From Mobula hypostoma (taxonomy: Eukaryota), in NCBI RefSeq assembly GCF_963921235.1, contig NC_086097.1, positions 168,828,001 through 168,892,000 on the forward strand: DNA of 64,000 nucleotides, in the 5' to 3' direction. The first letter of the stretch is position 1. Every line of letters starts with the position of its first letter. Positions 49,700-64,000 of the stretch are shown in pieces. A model generated the notes under the pieces. It was not told the origin of the DNA, did not search any database, and saw nothing but the letters and a program-made list of their open reading frames with translations. Both the position numbers and the translations under genes were made by a program.

Positions 49700-51700
49700 T
49701 ACACCTATGCAAATTCACAGAGCATCTGGTGACCCAGTACTCTCTGTCTCAGAGGCCAAATTTGAACTGCTTTCATGATGGTGAACCTTCGTACGGCGTC
49801 AGGCCCTGATGGTGTGTGGGCTTCCATACATCTCTCTGCAACTGGATTATTGACTTCCTCATCAGGGGACTATCAGGGAAATAGCATTTCCTCCTCAGTG
49901 ACAATCAACACTGGCCTGCTTCAAGGATGCGTGCTTAGCCCACTACTCTACTCTTTCTACTTTGGTAGAATTTCAGTTGGTGACGAGGAGGTATACAGGA
50001 GTGAGATTGATCAGCTGGTTGAGTGGTGATGCAGCAACAATCTTACACTCAACATCAGTAAGACCAAGGAATTAATTGTGGACTTCAGGAAGGGGAAGCC
50101 GATTGAATACACACCAGTCCTCACTGAGGGGTGAGCAGTTTGAAGTTCTGAGTGTCAACATCTCTGAACATCTATCCTGTGCCCAACATATTGGTGCGAT
50201 TACAAAGAAGGCACGACAGTGGCTATATTTCATTAGGAGTTTGAGGAAACTTGATATGTCACCCAAGACTCACAATTTTTTACAGATGTACCATGGAGAG
50301 CAATCTAACTGATTGCACCACTGTCTGGTACGGAGGGGCCATTGTACAGGATTGGAAAAAGCTGCAGGAAGTTTCAAACTCGGCCAACTCCATGATGGGA
50401 ACTAGCCTCCTCAGCATGGAGGACATCTTCAAAGGGCAATGCCTTAAAAAGGCAGCACCATCATTAAGGATCCCCGTCACACAGGACATGCCCTCTTCCC
50501 ATTGCTACCATCAAGGATGAGATACAAGAGCCTGAAGGCACACACTCAATGTCTTAGGAATAGCTTCTTCACCACTGCTATCAGATTTCACTTTTTGTTT
50601 CTTTTTTGCTTTCCTTTTGCACTACTTATTTTATATATGTATATAGTAATTTATAATTTTTGTCATGTATTACAATGTACTGCTGCTGAAAAACAACATA
50701 TTTCTGATTGAGAAGTTGCAGAACTTGGGCCTCTGTACCTCCGTCTGCAATTGGATCCTCGACTTCCTAACCGGAAGACCACAATCTGTGCAGACCAACA
50801 CTGCCGCACCTCAAGGGTGTGTGCTTAGCCCACTGCTCTACTCTCTGTATACACATGACTGTGTGGCTAGGCATAGCTCAAATACCAACTACAAATTTGC
50901 TGACGATGGAGGACATTGTTGGTAGAATCTCAGGTGGTGACGAGAGGGCGTACAGGAGTGAGATAAGCTAACTAGTGGAGTGGTGCCACAGCAACAACCT
51001 TGCACTCAACGTCAGTAAGACGAAAGAACTGATTGTGGACTTCAGGAAGGGTAAGACGAAGGAACACATACCAATCCTCATAGAGGGATCAGAAGTGGAG
51101 AGAGTGAGCAGCTTCCAAGTTCCTTTGTGTCAAGATCTCTGAGGATCTAACCTGGTCCCAACATATCGATGTAGTTATAAAGAAGACAAGACAGCAGCTA
51201 TACTTTATTAGGAGTTTGAAGAGATTTTGCTTGTCAACAAATACACTCAGAAGCTTCTATAGTTGTACCGGGGGAGCATTCTGACAGGCTGCATCACTGT
51301 CTGGTATGGAGGGGCTACTGCACTGGACTGAAAGGAGCTGCAGAAGGTTGTAAATTTAGTCGGCTCCATCTTGGGCACCCAGTACCCAGTACAAGGTACC
51401 CAGGACATCTTTAGGGAGTGGTAGTTCAGAAAGGTAGCGTCCATTATTAAGGTCCGCCAGCACCCAGCGCATGCCCTTTTCTCACTGTTACCATCAGGTA
51501 GGAGATACAGAAACCTGAAGGCACACATTCAGTGATTCAGGAACTGCTTCTTCCCCTCTGCCATCCAATTCCTAAATGGACATTGAGGCTTTGGACACTA
51601 CCTTACTTTTTTTAATATACATTGTTCCTGTTCTTTTGCACATTTTTAAAAATCTATTCAATATGTGTAATTGATTTGCTTGTTTATTTATTATTATGTT
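49700..51700 (+). mobile_element. Two tandem degenerate Rex1/Babar-like LINE fragments
   Basis: [20 protein letters not shown]…KFADD and [15 protein letters not shown], occurring twice. Confidence 0.75.
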
Positions 51701-51702
51701 TT

Positions 51703-54700
51703 AGAACATAGAATAGTACAGCACAGTACAGGCCCTTCGGCCCACAATGTTGTGCCGACCCTCAAACCCTGCCTCCCATATAAGCCCCCACCTTAGATTC
51801 CTCCATATACCTGTCTAGTAGTCTCTTAAACTTCACTAGTGTACCTGCCTCCACCACTGACTCAGGCAGTGCATTCCATGCACCAACCACTCTCTGAGTA
51901 AAAAACCTTCCTCTAATATCCCCCTTGAACTTCCCACCCCTTACCTTAAAGTCATGTCCTCTTGTATTGAGCAGTGGTGCCCTGGGGAAGAGGCGCTGGC
52001 TATCCACTCTATCTATTCCTCTTATTATCTTGTACACCTCGATGATGTCTCCTCTCATCCTCCTTCTCTCCAAAGAGTAAAGCCCTAGCTCCCTTAATCT
52101 CTGATCATAATCCATACTTTCTAAACCAGGCAGCATCCTGGTAAATCTCCTCTGTACCCTTTCCAATGCTTTCACATCCTTCCTATAGTGAGGTGACCAG
52201 AACTGGACACACTACTCCAAGTGTGGCCTAACCAGAGTTTTATGGAGCTGCATCATTACATCGCGACTCTTAAATTCTATCCCTCGACTTATGAAAGCTA
52301 ACACCCCATAAGCTTTCCTAACTACCCTATCCACCTGTGAGGCAACTTTCAGGGATCTGTGGACATGTACCCCGAGATCCCTCTGCTCATCCACACTACC
52401 AAGTATCCTGCCATTTACTTTGTGCTCTGCCTTGGAGTTTGTCCTTCCAAAGTGTACCACCTCACACTTCTCCGGGTTGAACTCCATCTGCCACTTCTCA
52501 GCCCACTTCTGCATCCTGTCAATGTCTCTCTGACAATCTTTGACAATCCTCTACACTATCTACAACACCACCAACCTTTGTGTCGTCTGCAAACTTGCCA
52601 ACCCACCCTTCTACCCCCATATCCAGGTCGTTAATAAAAATCACGAAAAGTAGGGGTCCCAGAACAGATCCTTGTGGGACACCACTAGTCACAATCCTCC
52701 AATCTGAATGTACTCCCTCCACCACCACCCTCTGCTTTCTGCAGGCAAGCCAATTCTGAATCCACCTGGCCAAATTTCCCTGGGTCCCATGCCTTCTAAC
52801 TTTCTGAATAAGCCTACCGTGTGGAACCTTGTCAAATGCCTTACTAAAATCCATATAGATCACATCCACTGCACTACCCTCATCTATATGCCTGGTCACC
52901 TCCTCAAAGAACTCTCAGGCTTGTTAGACACGATCTGCCCTTCACAAAGCCACGCTGACTGTCCCTGATCAGACCATGATTCTCTAAATGCCTATAGATC
53001 CTATCTCTAAGAATCTTTTCCAACAGCTTTCCCACCACAGATGTAAGGCTCACTGGTCTATAATTACCCGGACTATCCCTACTACCTTTTTTGAACAAGG
53101 GAACAACATTCGCCTTCCTCCAATCCTCCGGTACCATTCCCGTGGACAACGAGGACATAAAGATCCTAGCCAGAGGCTCAGCAATCTCTTCTCTCACCTC
53201 ATGGAGCAGCCTGGGGAATATTCCGTCAGGCCCTGGGGACTTATCTGTCCTAATGTATTTTAACAACTCCAACACCTCCTCTCCCTTAATATCAGCATGC
53301 TCCAAAACATCAACCTCACTCATATTGTCCTCACCATCATCAAGTTCCCTCTCATTGGTGAATACTAAAGAGAAGTATTCATTGAGGACCTCGCTCACTT
53401 CCACAGCCTCCAGGCACATCTTCCCACCTTTATCTCTAATCGGTCCTACCTTCACTCCTGTCATCCTTTTTTTCTTCACATAATTGAAGAATGCCTTGGG
53501 GTTTTCCTTTACCCTACTTGCCAAGGCCTTCTCATGCCCCCTTCTTGCTCTTCTCAGCCCCTTCTTAAGCTCCTTTCTTGCTTCTCTATATTCCTCAATA
53601 GACCCATCTGATCCTTGCTTCCTAAACCTCATGTATGCTGCCTTCTTCCTCCTGAGTAGATTTTCCACCTCACTTGTCACCCATGGTTCCTTCACCCTAC
53701 CATTCTTTATCTTCCTCACTGGGACAAATTTATCCCTTACATCCCGCAAGAGATCTCTAAACATCAACCACATGTCCATAGTACATTTGCCTGCCGCAAG
53801 AGATCTCTAAACATCAACCACATGTCCATAGTACATTTCCCTGCAAAAACATCATCCCAATTCACACCCGCAAGTTCTAGCCTTATAGCCTCATAATTTG
53901 CCTTTCCCCAATTAAAAATTTTCCTGTCCTCTTTGATTCTATCCTTTTCCATGATAATTATAAAGGCCAGGGAGCAGTGGTCGCTGTCCCCCAGATGCTC
54001 ACCCACTGAGAGATCTGTGACCTGACCCGGTTCATTACCTAGTACTAGATCTAGTATGGCATTCCCCCTGGTCGGCCTGTCCACATACTGTGACAGGAAT
54101 CCATCCTGGACACACTTAACAAATTCTGCCCCATCTAAACCCTTGGAACTAATCAGGTGCCAATCAATATTAGGGAAGTTAAAGTCACCCATGATAACAA
54201 CCCTATTATTTTTGCACCTTTCCAAAATCTGCCTCCCAATCTGCTCCTCTGTATCTCTGCTGCTACCAGGGGGCCTATAGAATACCCCCAGTAGAGTAAC
54301 TGCTCCCTTCCTGTTCCTGACTTCCACTCATATTGACTCAAAAGAGGATCCTGCTACATTACCCACCCCTTCTGTAGCTGTAATAGTATCCCTGACCAGT
54401 AATGCCACCCCTCCTCCCCTTTTTCCTCCCTCACTATCCCTTTTAAAGCACTGAAATCCAGGAATATTGAGAATCCATTCCTGCCCTGGTGCCAGCCAAG
54501 TCTCTGTAATGGCCACTACATCATAATTCCATGTATGTATCCAAGCTCTCAGTTCATCACTTTTGTTCCTGATGCTTCTTGCATTGAGGTACACACATTT
54601 CAGCCCTTCTACCTTACTGTCTTTACACTGTTTATTCTGCTTCTCTTTCCTCAAAGCCTCTCTGTATGTTAGATCTGGCTTTACTCCTTTCACTGCTCTA

Positions 54701-55083
54701 TCGCTCTGGGTCCCATCCCCCTCGCAATTTAGTTTAAACCCTCCCGAACCGTGCTAGCAAACCAACCTGCAAGGATATTGCTCCCTCTCGAGTTCAGGTG
54801 CAACCCATCCAATCTGTACAGGTCCCACCTTCCCCAGAAGAGATCCCAATGATCTAAAAATCTAAAACCCTGCTCCCTGCACCAACTCCTCAGCCACACA
54901 TTCAACTGCCATTTCCTCCAACTCTCACCATCTCTGTCATGTAGCACTGGCAGCAATCCTGAGAACGTCACCCTTGAGGTCCTGTTCTTCAGCCTTCTGC
55001 CTTGTTCCCGAAACTCACACTTCAGGACCTCATCCCTCTTCCTGCCTATGTCGTTGGTCCCAACATGTATCACGACTTCTGGT
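51703..55083 (-). mobile_element. Near full-length CR1 of the young family (partial esterase ORF1 54729-55073; ORF2 frameshifted)
   Basis: IHVGTND, DGLHLN; EN and RT motifs across ORFs 51762-54693. Confidence 0.92.
53744..53843. repeat. 50-bp tandem duplication inside CR1 ORF2
   Basis: ccgcaagagatctctaaacatcaaccacatgtccatagtacattt(g/c)cctg twice; a single copy at ~25165-25220. Confidence 0.9.
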
Positions 55084-55414
55084 TGATTAAATACATTTGA
55101 ACTTACGTTCTGGCTTGAGGGAATTGCTGATAATTAAAGCTGGTTCAAACTTCTGCTGTGAACTATCCAGCTGAGTTTTGGCGCTTCCTAGCTAGATCAC
55201 TAGAGGGGGTACTTTGTTACAAAACTACTTAAAAGAGTTCTATACTCAAAATCATGCATTGACCTGAATTCCAAATAGCTTCGTGTCTAGACCTGCTACT
55301 TCATGATATTAATGATGATTAAAGGACTGAATTTTTTTTTGTTAGATGGAATTAAGAAACCTACAAAATAGTGGTACAACTTCTTGTGCTGATTGTCTTG
55401 TTTTCTTCATGTAG

Positions 55415-55535
55415 TTGCACTGAAGGAGTTCCACTGGCAGTGTTGCTCATTTTCTGTTCTGAAGGGGATAATATTCCAGATGCTTTGAATCTTCTCAGCT
55501 TCCTGAATGAGTGGGTCCAGTTAATAGAAAAAACA
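55415..55535 (+). CDS. PSMG2: PSMG2 exon 6
   Basis: gtag acceptor; CTEGVPLAVLLIFCSEGDNIPDALNLLSFLNEWVQLIEKT; GTAAGT donor; 121 nt; conserved SEGDNIPDA motif. Confidence 0.95.
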
Positions 55536-55919
55536 GTAAGTAGTGTAACTGCAAGTTGTCATTCACAAGATTGCTTGAACATTGGCTGCAATCACAACAG
55601 TGTAGGTTGTTTGTTACCTTTGTGCAGAGAAATATCTAAATTTAAAGAATTCTATTAACAGGGCATCACACAAGTGACAGTGTGCATTTTTAAATAGTCT
55701 TCCAAGAACTTTTGTGCACAAGAGGAGATGAGACCAGGGGCAAATCAACCATTTAAAATGGTGGGATGGCATATTCCTGCTCTAACATTCGTGTGCTGGA
55801 TTATAGATATAATTTTGGCATCTGCCTATAACACAAAAGATTACACATTTATCCTCACTTGTAGCAGTCAAGGTCCCACAGGAACTAGAGATGTTATTAG
55901 CCAATGTTGTTCCTTTGTT

Positions 55920-56700
55920 TAAAGCTCAAGGTACATATATGTCACCATATACGACTGAAATTCATTTTCTTGAAGGTATGCTCAATAAATCCATAATAGA
56001 ATCACTGAAGGACAGCCCCAGCTGGGCATTCAATCAGTATGCAAAAGACAACAAACTGTGCAAATAGAAAAATAAAGAAATTGTGATAATAAATAAGCAA
56101 TAAATATTGAGAACATAAGATGAAAGTCCTTGAGAGTGAGTCTATAGTTTGTGGGAACATTTCAGTGATGGGGCAAGTGGAGTTGAGTAAAGTTATTTGT
56201 TTTGTTTCAAGAGCCTGATGGTTGAGCGGTAAAACTATTCCTGAACTTGGTGGTGTGAGTCCTGAGGCTCCTGTACCACCTTCCTGATTGCAGCAGCGAG
56301 AAGAGAGCAGGACTTGGGTGGTGGGTGTCACTGATGATGAATGCTGCTTTCCTATGACAACACTCCGTGTAGATGTGCTCAGTGGTGGGGAGGGCTTTAG
56401 CCATGATGGACTGGGCTGTATCCACTACTTTTTGAAGGATTTTCTATTAAAGGGCACTGGTGATTCCATACCAGGCTGTAATACAGCCTGTCAGTATATT
56501 CTCCACCACACATCTATGGAAATTTACCAACATTTTTGATGTTATGCCAAATATTCACAAACTGCTAAGGAAGTAAAGATGCTGCCTTGCTTTCTTCATA
56601 ATTGCACTTGCATACTTGGCCCAGGACAGGTCTTCTGAAATGATAACACCAAAGAATTTAAAGTTGCTGATTCTGTCCACCTCTGATCCTCTGAAGTAGA
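55920..56700 (-). mobile_element. Rex1/Babar-like LINE 3' fragment
   Basis: FKFFGVIISEDLSW…KKARQHLYFL; HPSPALFSLLQSGRWYRSL. Confidence 0.7.
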
Positions 56701-56989
56701 GAGGGTCAGCAAGAAGGGTAATAGGAATAATCCAGGAAATTGTGGGCAAATGAGCCTCACTTTAATTGTTGGAATAGAACAATGATTTCCAATGGGGGCG
56801 GTTACATGTCATCAGAGGATGTTCAAGATTCTTGGGCGGGTGGGGGGGGGCTGTAGGCAGCACTGTAATGAGGTACAAGACCTGACTGATCCTGACAACT
56901 TGCTGCTGTCATAAACATCTAATAGGCATTCCCAGTTTGTGTTAATTTTTTATTTTAATTTAGCCCCATTAATGATGACATGTCTCTAT

Positions 56990-57420
56990 GAGTCTGAAGG
57001 CGGTGAAGCCTTGAATTCTAATCCTGCTAAGAAACAGAAAGTGCCTAAGTACAATGTTAACTTGCGTATGGTTTTGCTCTGTTCCAGTCAGATCAGTGAC
57101 GCCCCATGTGCCTTATTTCTAATACTATACTGTCTAATGAAGCCATAAAACCATCCAGGTTGTAACAGCACTTCTGTGAAGACACCCTGAAAAGGTTACT
57201 TATGGTATTAGTCAGTTCCAGAAGATGAAAGAAACATTTGAAGAGCATTGCACGCTTGAGTCATTTGCCAAGAAACCTAAAAATGACCTTGATGGTAGTC
57301 TCTTTGCTTCTTTGAACATTTCCAAAATGATAGCAAAGTGTGGATAATCGCGTATGATTGGTGAAAGGTAAATCATGCCTGCTGCATCAGATGTGCTCAC
57401 CACTGTTCTCAAAATGGATA
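56990..57420 (+). mobile_element. Decayed hAT (Charlie-like) transposase fragment
   Basis: Broken motifs PAKKQKVPKYN, SNEAIKPSRL, IAKCG…MIGE…MPAA; no TIRs found. Confidence 0.5.
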
Positions 57421-57999
57421 CCAGTATTTATAATCAAATCTTGTGCAACAGATGGAACAATATGGTGGAAGTTCCAGATATCAGGGGTCATGAAGTTTTT
57501 GAAGTTACCATTAATAGGGAGAAGATTCATGAGAAACTGAAAGGTCTGAAGGTAGGTAAGTCACCTGGACCAGATGGCGTACACCCTAGGATTCTGAAAG
57601 AGGTGGCTGAAGAGAATGCGGTAATGATCTTTAAAGAATCACTCGATTCTGGAATGGTTGTGGAAGACTGGAAAATTGCAAATGTCACTCTATTCTTCAA
57701 GAACCAAGAGAGGCAGAAGGAAGGAAATTATAGGCCAGTTAGTCTGACCTCAGTGGTTAAGAAGATGTTGGAGTTGACTATTAAGGATATGGTTTCAGTG
57801 TACTTTGAGATAGATGATAAAATAGGCCATAGTCAGCGTGGTTTCCTCAAGGAAAAATCTTGCCTGACAAATCTGTTCGAATTCTTCGACCTTTCCCTAT
57901 AACTCAGGTCCTCAATCTCAGAACATCATTGTAAATTTTCTCTGTACTCTCTTAATATTATTGATATCTTTCCTGTAAGTAGGTGACCAGAACACTCAC

Positions 58000-60900
58000 G
58001 AGTATAGGAATAGAGTGAGGTGGAGGATAAATGTGTGGCTGAGGAATTGGAGCAGGGGGCAGGGATTCGGAATTTTGGATCACTGGGATATCTTTTGGGG
58101 CAGGTGTGATCTGTACAAAAAGGATGGGCTGCACTTGAATCCCAGGGGGACCAATATCCTGGCGGGGAGATTTGCTAAGGCTATTGAGGAGCATTTAAAC
58201 TAGGATTGCTGAGGGATGGGAACCAAACTGAAGAGACGGGGGAAGACGCGGTTGGCTCACAAATAGAGAAAGCTTGGAGACAATGCAAGAGGGAGGAGAG
58301 GCAGGTGATAGAGAAGGGACGCGCTCAGATCAATGGTTTAAGATGTGTCTATTTTAATGCAAGGAGTATTATGAACAAAGCAGATGAGCAAAGCAGGGAT
58401 TGCTGCCTGTGCCATGAGACAGAGAAGGTAGGAACAGGAAAGTATGGCAGATGAATGCATGGCTGAAGAGTTGGTGCAGGGGGCAGGAGTTCAGATTTCT
58501 GGATCATTGGGATCTCTTCTGGGGAAGGTCTGACCTGTACAAAAAGAACGGGCTGCACCTGAACTGGAAAGGGACCAATATCCTGGCGGGCAGGTTTGCT
58601 AGAGCTGTTGGGGAGGGTTTAATCTAGTTTGGCAGGGGGGTGGGAATCAGAATGCGAGTGCAGAGATTAGGGTAGAAGGACAAGGGCATGATGCTATGTG
58701 TTCTGAGTTGGTGAGGAAGGACAGGCAGGGGACAAAACATAAACGTAACCAGATAGAGGGGTTGAAATGTGTCTATTTCAACGCTAGGAGTATTAGGAAT
58801 GAAGTGAGAGCATGGATCAGTACGTGGAACTATGATGTTGTGGCCGTAACTGAAACTTGGCTGGAGGAAGGGCAGGGTTGGCTGATGCAGGTGCTGGGGT
58901 TTAGGTGTTTTTAAAGGAATAGGATGGGAGGTAGAAAAGGGTGGGGGGAGTAGCATCACTGGTCAGGGATAGTATCATGACTATAGAAGGGAGGACGCAG
59001 CAGAGGGAGTGTCCACTGAGTCGGTGTAGGTGGAAGTCAGAAATAGGAAGGGATCGATCACTGTGCTGGGAGTAGTCTATAGGCCCCCAAATAGCCCTCG
59101 GGACACCGAGGAGCAGATAAGCAGGCAGATTTTAGAATGGTGCAGGAAATACAGGGTTGTAGTTACGGATGATTTCAACTTCCCTCGTATTGACTGGCAC
59201 CTCCTAACTGCAAGGGGGATAGATGGGGCTGAATTTGTCAGGTGTGTTCAAGAAGGATTCCTGACACAGTATGTGGACTGGCTGACGAGAGGAGAGGCCA
59301 TACTGGATCTAGTTCTGGGTAATGGACCTGGTCAGGTGGCAGACCTCTTGGTGGGGGAGCATTTTGGTGAGAGTGACCACAACTCCTTTAGCTTCAGCAT
59401 AGCATGGAAAAGGATAAAAATAGACAAAATGGGAAAGTGCTTAACTAGGGAAGGGCTAACTATGAAGGGATGAGGCAGGAACTAGCGAGAGTAAATTGGA
59501 AACAGATGTTCAAGGGTGAAAGCATACAAGTAATGTGGAGGAAGTTTAGGACAACTTGTGCTGGGTTCAGGATAGGTTTGTCCCACTGAGACAATGAAAA
59601 AATGGCAGGAAATGGGAACTGTGGCTGATGAAACACGTGAGGCAACTTGTCAAGAGGGAGAAGGAAGCATATGTCAGATATAAGAAGCAGGAAGCAGGAG
59701 GGGCTCATGAGAAATATAGGGTAGCCAGGAAGGAGCTTAAGAAAGGATTTAGGAGAGCTCAAAGAAGACGATAAGGCCTTGGCATGTATGATTAAGGAGA
59801 ACCCCAAGGCATTCTATGTGGATGTGAAGAACAGAAGGATGACAAGAATGAAGGTGGGGCCGCTAAAGGATAAAGAAGGCAACATGTGCCTGGAGGCGGA
59901 GGAGGTTGGGGATTCCTAAATGAATACTTTGCTTCAGTATTCACAAGTGAAAAGGACCTTGATCAGGGTGAGGTCGAAATAGAACAAGCCTGTGTGCTGG
60001 ACAATGTGGAGATTAAGGAAGAAGTGTTGGATCTTCTTTAAAACATCAAGATTGATTACTCTCCAGGGCCGGATGTGATATACCCCAGATTGCTGTGGGA
60101 AGTGAGAGAAGAGATCGTTGGAGCAGTAGCTATGATCTTTGAATCCTCTTTGGCTGCAGGGGAGGTGCCGGAGGATTAGAGAATGGCAAATGTAGTTCCC
60201 TTGTTTAAAAAAGGTAATAGGGAGAATCCTGGGAACTACAAACCGGTGAGTTTTATGTCAATGGTCTGCAAACTATTGGAAAGGATTCTTAAGGATAGGA
60301 TCTACAAGCATTTGGAGAAGTACAGTCTACTCCAGGATAGTCAACATGGCTTTGTGAAGGGAAGGTTGTGCCTCATGAGCCTAATTGAGTTTTTTGAAGA
60401 GGTAACAAAAGAAATTGATGAGGGTAGGGCTGTAGATGTGGTCTACATGGATTTTAGCAAGGCATTTGACAAGGTTCCCCACTAGAGACTCATCCAGAAA
60501 GTCATGAGGCTTGGGATCAGTGGAACCTTGGCTGTTTGGATAAAAAATTGGCTTACAGGAAGAAAGCAGAGGGTAGTAGTGGAAGGAAAGTATTCTGCCT
60601 GGAGGTCGGTGACTAGTGGAGTGCTGCAAGGATCTGTCCTGGGACCCTTGCTCTTTGTGATTTTTATAAATGACCTGGATGAAGAGGCGGAAGGATGGGT
60701 GAGTAAGTTTGCGGATGACATGAAGATTGGAGGAGTTGTGGATGGAGCTGTAGGTTGTCGAAGGTTACAAGAGGATATGGACGGGATGCAGAGTTGGGCA
60801 GAAAAGTGGCAGATGGAATTCAATCTGGATGAATGTGAGGTGATGCATTTTGGAAGGACAATCCAGAAGGCTGAGTACAGGGTTAATGGTCAGTTACTTA

Positions 60901-63900
60901 AGAGTGTGGATGAACAGAGGGACCTTGGGATTCAAATCCATACGCACAGCTTGATAGGATAGTTAAGAAGGCCTATGGGATGCTAGGCTTCATTAATAAG
61001 GGGATTGCGGTCAAGAGTAGAGAGGTCATGTTGCAACTCTACAAATCTCTGGTGAGACCACACTTAAGAGTATTGTGTTCAGTTCTGGTCACCTCATTAT
61101 AGGAAGGATGTGGAAGCTATGGAGAGGGTGCAGTGGAGATTTATCAGGATGTTGCCTGGATTGGAAAACAAGTCTTATGAGGCAAGGTTAGCAGAGCTGG
61201 GACTTTCCTCTTTGGAGTGTAGAAGGATGAGAGGGGACTTGATAGAGGTTTACACGATTATGAGAGGCATAGATAGGGTGGATAGCCAGTACCTTTTTCC
61301 CAGGGCATGAATAGCAAACACCAGAGGGCATATATACAAAGTTAAAGGAAGGAGGTTTAGGGGAGACATCAGAGGTAAGTTTTTTACACAGAGGGTTGGG
61401 GGTACCTGGAATGACTTGCCAGGCATGGTGGTGGAGGCAAAAACATTGGGGTATTTAAGAGCCTCTTGGACAGGGACATAGATGAAAGAAAAACAGAGGG
61501 TTACGGGGTAGTGTGGGTTTAGCACATTTTTTACGGAATATATGGGTTGGCACAACATCGAGGGTTGAAGGGCCTGTACTGTACTGTAGTATTCTAGTGT
61601 CTAGTGTCTAGCTTAGAGCGTGGATCAGTACTTGGAGCTATGATGTTGTGGCCATTACAGAGACTTGGATGGCTCAGGGGCAGGAATGGTTACTTCACGT
61701 GCCAGGCTTTAGATGTTTCAGAAAGGACAGAGAAGGAGGCAAAAGAGGTGGGGGCGTGGCACTGTTGATCAGAGATAATGTCACAGCTGCAGAAAAGGAG
61801 GAAAACATGGAGGGATTGTCTACGGAGTCTCTGTGGGTGGAAGTTAGGAACAGGAAGGGGTCAATAACTCTACTGGGTGTTTTTTTTTTGACTACCCAAT
61901 AGTAACGAGGACATCGAGGAGAAGATAGGGAGACAGATTCTGGAAAGGTGTAATATTAACAGGGTTGTCATAGTGGGAGATTTTAATTTCCCAAATATCG
62001 ATTGGCATGTCCCTAGAGTGAGGGGTTTAGATGGGGTGGAGTTTGTTAGGTGTGTTCAAGAAAGTTTCTTGACACAATATGTAGATAAGCCTACAAGAGG
62101 AGAGGCTGTACTTGATCTGGTATTGCGAAATGAACCTGGTCAGGTGTTCTCAGGGAAATGTACGGAAGAAATGTGGCAGATGCTCAGGGGATATTTGCGT
62201 GGAGTTCTGCATAGGTACGTTCCAATGAGATGGGAAAGGATTGTAGTGTATAGGAACTGGGGTGTACAAAGGCTGTTTTAAATCTAGTCAAAAAGAAAAG
62301 AAGAGCTTATGGAAGGTTCGAAAAACTGGGTAATGATAGAGATCTAGAAGATTATAAGGCTAGCAGGAAGGAGCTTAAGAAGGAAATTAGGAGAGCCAGA
62401 AGGGGCCATGAGAAGGCCTTGGCAGACAGGATTAAGGAAAACCTCAAGGCATTCTACAAGTATGTGAAGGGCAAGAGGATAAGACGTGAGAGAATAGGAC
62501 CAGACAGTGGAAAAGTGTGTATGGAACTGGAGGAGATAGCAGAGGTACTTAATGAGTACTTTGCTTCAGTATTCACTATGGAAAAGGATCTTGGCGATTG
62601 TAGGGATGACTTACAGGGAACTGAAAAGCTTGAGCATGTAGATATTAAGAAAGAGGACGTGCTGGAGCTTTTGGAAAGCATCAAGTTGGATAAGATGATG
62701 AGATGTACCCCAGGCTACTGTGGGAGGCAAGGGAGGAGATTGCTGAGCCTCTGGTGATGATCTTTGCATCATCAATGGGGATGGGAGACATTCTGGAGGA
62801 TTGGAGGGTTGTAGATGTTGTTCCATTATTCAAGAAAGGGAGTAGAAATAGCCCAGGAAAGTATAGACCAGTGATTCTTACTGCAGTGATTGGTAAGTTG
62901 ATGGAGTAGATCCTGAGAGGCAGGATTTATGAACATTTGGAGAGGCATAATATGATTAGGAATAGTCAGCATGGCTTTGTGAAAGGCAGGTCGTGCCTTA
63001 CGAGCCTGATAGAATTTTTTGAGGATGTGACTAAATATATTGATGAAGGTAGAGCAGTAGATGTAGTGTATATGGATTTCAGCAAGGCATTTGACAAGGT
63101 ACCCCATGCAAGGCTTATCGAGTAAGTAAGGAGGCATGGGATCCAAGGGAACATTGCTTTGTGGATCCAGAACTGGCTTGCCCACAGAAGGCAAAGAGTG
63201 GTTGTAGACGGGTCATATTCTGCATGGAGGTCGGTCAGCAGTGGTGTGCCTCAGGGATCTGTTCTGGGACCGGTACTCTTCGTGATTTTTATAAATGACC
63301 TGGATGAGGAAGTGGACGGATGGGTTAGTAAGTTTGCTGATGACACAAAGATTGGGGGTGTTGTGGATAGTGTGGAGGGCTGTCAGAGGTTACAGCGGGA
63401 CATTGATAGAATGCAAAACTGGGCTGAGAAGTGGCAGATGGAGTTTAACCCAGATAATTGTGAAGTGGTTCATTTTGGTATGTCAAATATGATAACAGAA
63501 TATAGTATTAATGGTAAGACTCTTGGCCGTGTGGAAGATCAGAGGGATTTTGGGGGTCCCAGTCCGTAGGACACTCAAAGCTGCTGTGCGGGCTGACTCT
63601 GTGGTTAAGAAAGCATATGGTGCATTGGCCTTCATCAATCATGGGACTGAGTTTAAGAGCTGAGAGTTAATGTTGCAGCTATATAGGACCCTGGTCAGAC
63701 CTCACTTGGAGTACTGTGCTCAGTTCTGGTCACCTCACTACAGGAAGGATGTGGAAACTATAGAAAGGATGCAGAGATTTACAAGGATGTTGCCTGGATT
63801 GGGGAGCATGCCTTATGAGAATAGGTTGAGTGAACTCGGCCTTTTTTCCCTGGAGCGATGGAGGATGAGAGGTGACCTGATAGAGGTGTACAAGATGATG

Positions 63901-64000
63901 AGAGGCATTGATCGTGTGGATAGTTAAGAGACTTTTTCCCAGGGCTGTAATGGCTAACATGTGAGGGCAGAGTTTTGAGGTGCTTGGAAGTAGGTACAGA
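58000..64000 (+). mobile_element. Host CR1 (58000-58389, resuming at ~61610 and running to the window end)
   Basis: FNARSIMNKADE|LRAWISTW reads across the insertion; RT motifs to 63927. Confidence 0.85.
58390..61609 (+). mobile_element. Degenerate CR1 nested in a CR1
   Basis: ORF1 end, EN and RT remnants; tail tctagtgtctagtgtctag. Confidence 0.85.

Noticed and set aside
55536..64000. PSMG2 terminal exon (expected WKIPxSW-like motif)
   Set aside because: Not found by eye; GWHIPAL at ~55765 lacks the downstream motif and a good acceptor. It probably lies beyond the window.
1..64000. CRISPR array, prokaryotic operon or retron-like system
   Set aside because: No repeat-spacer array; all RT ORFs belong to eukaryotic retroelement clades within spliceosomal introns.

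Overview
Vertebrate genomic DNA, most likely from a cartilaginous fish such as a ray (inferred from the repeat complement, not proven). The window holds the head-to-head gene pair CEP76 (exon 1, minus strand) and PSMG2 (coding exons 1-6, plus strand; the last exon was not found and probably lies past the window end), separated by a ~470-bp CpG-rich bidirectional promoter. Most of the rest is intronic transposon sequence: many CR1 LINEs (some with SGNH-esterase ORF1), one full-length L1, a Tx1-clade element, RTE and Rex1/Babar fragments, Penelope-like elements (PLEs), hAT and Tigger-type DNA transposons and a tRNA-derived SINE. The most notable observations are: (i) minimal hammerhead-ribozyme motifs in the PLE termini, including a near-perfect 197-bp palindromic mini-element centred on two head-to-head hammerhead cores; (ii) a Tigger-type element that closely resembles my recollection of the mammalian MER2 consensus (possible horizontal transfer); (iii) a 154-bp target-site duplication around the Tx1 insertion; (iv) a nested CR1 sharing private lesions with the CR1 it sits inside; (v) one old CR1 inflated to ~17 kb by nested insertions. 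Family names come from motif recognition only; no database searches were run.
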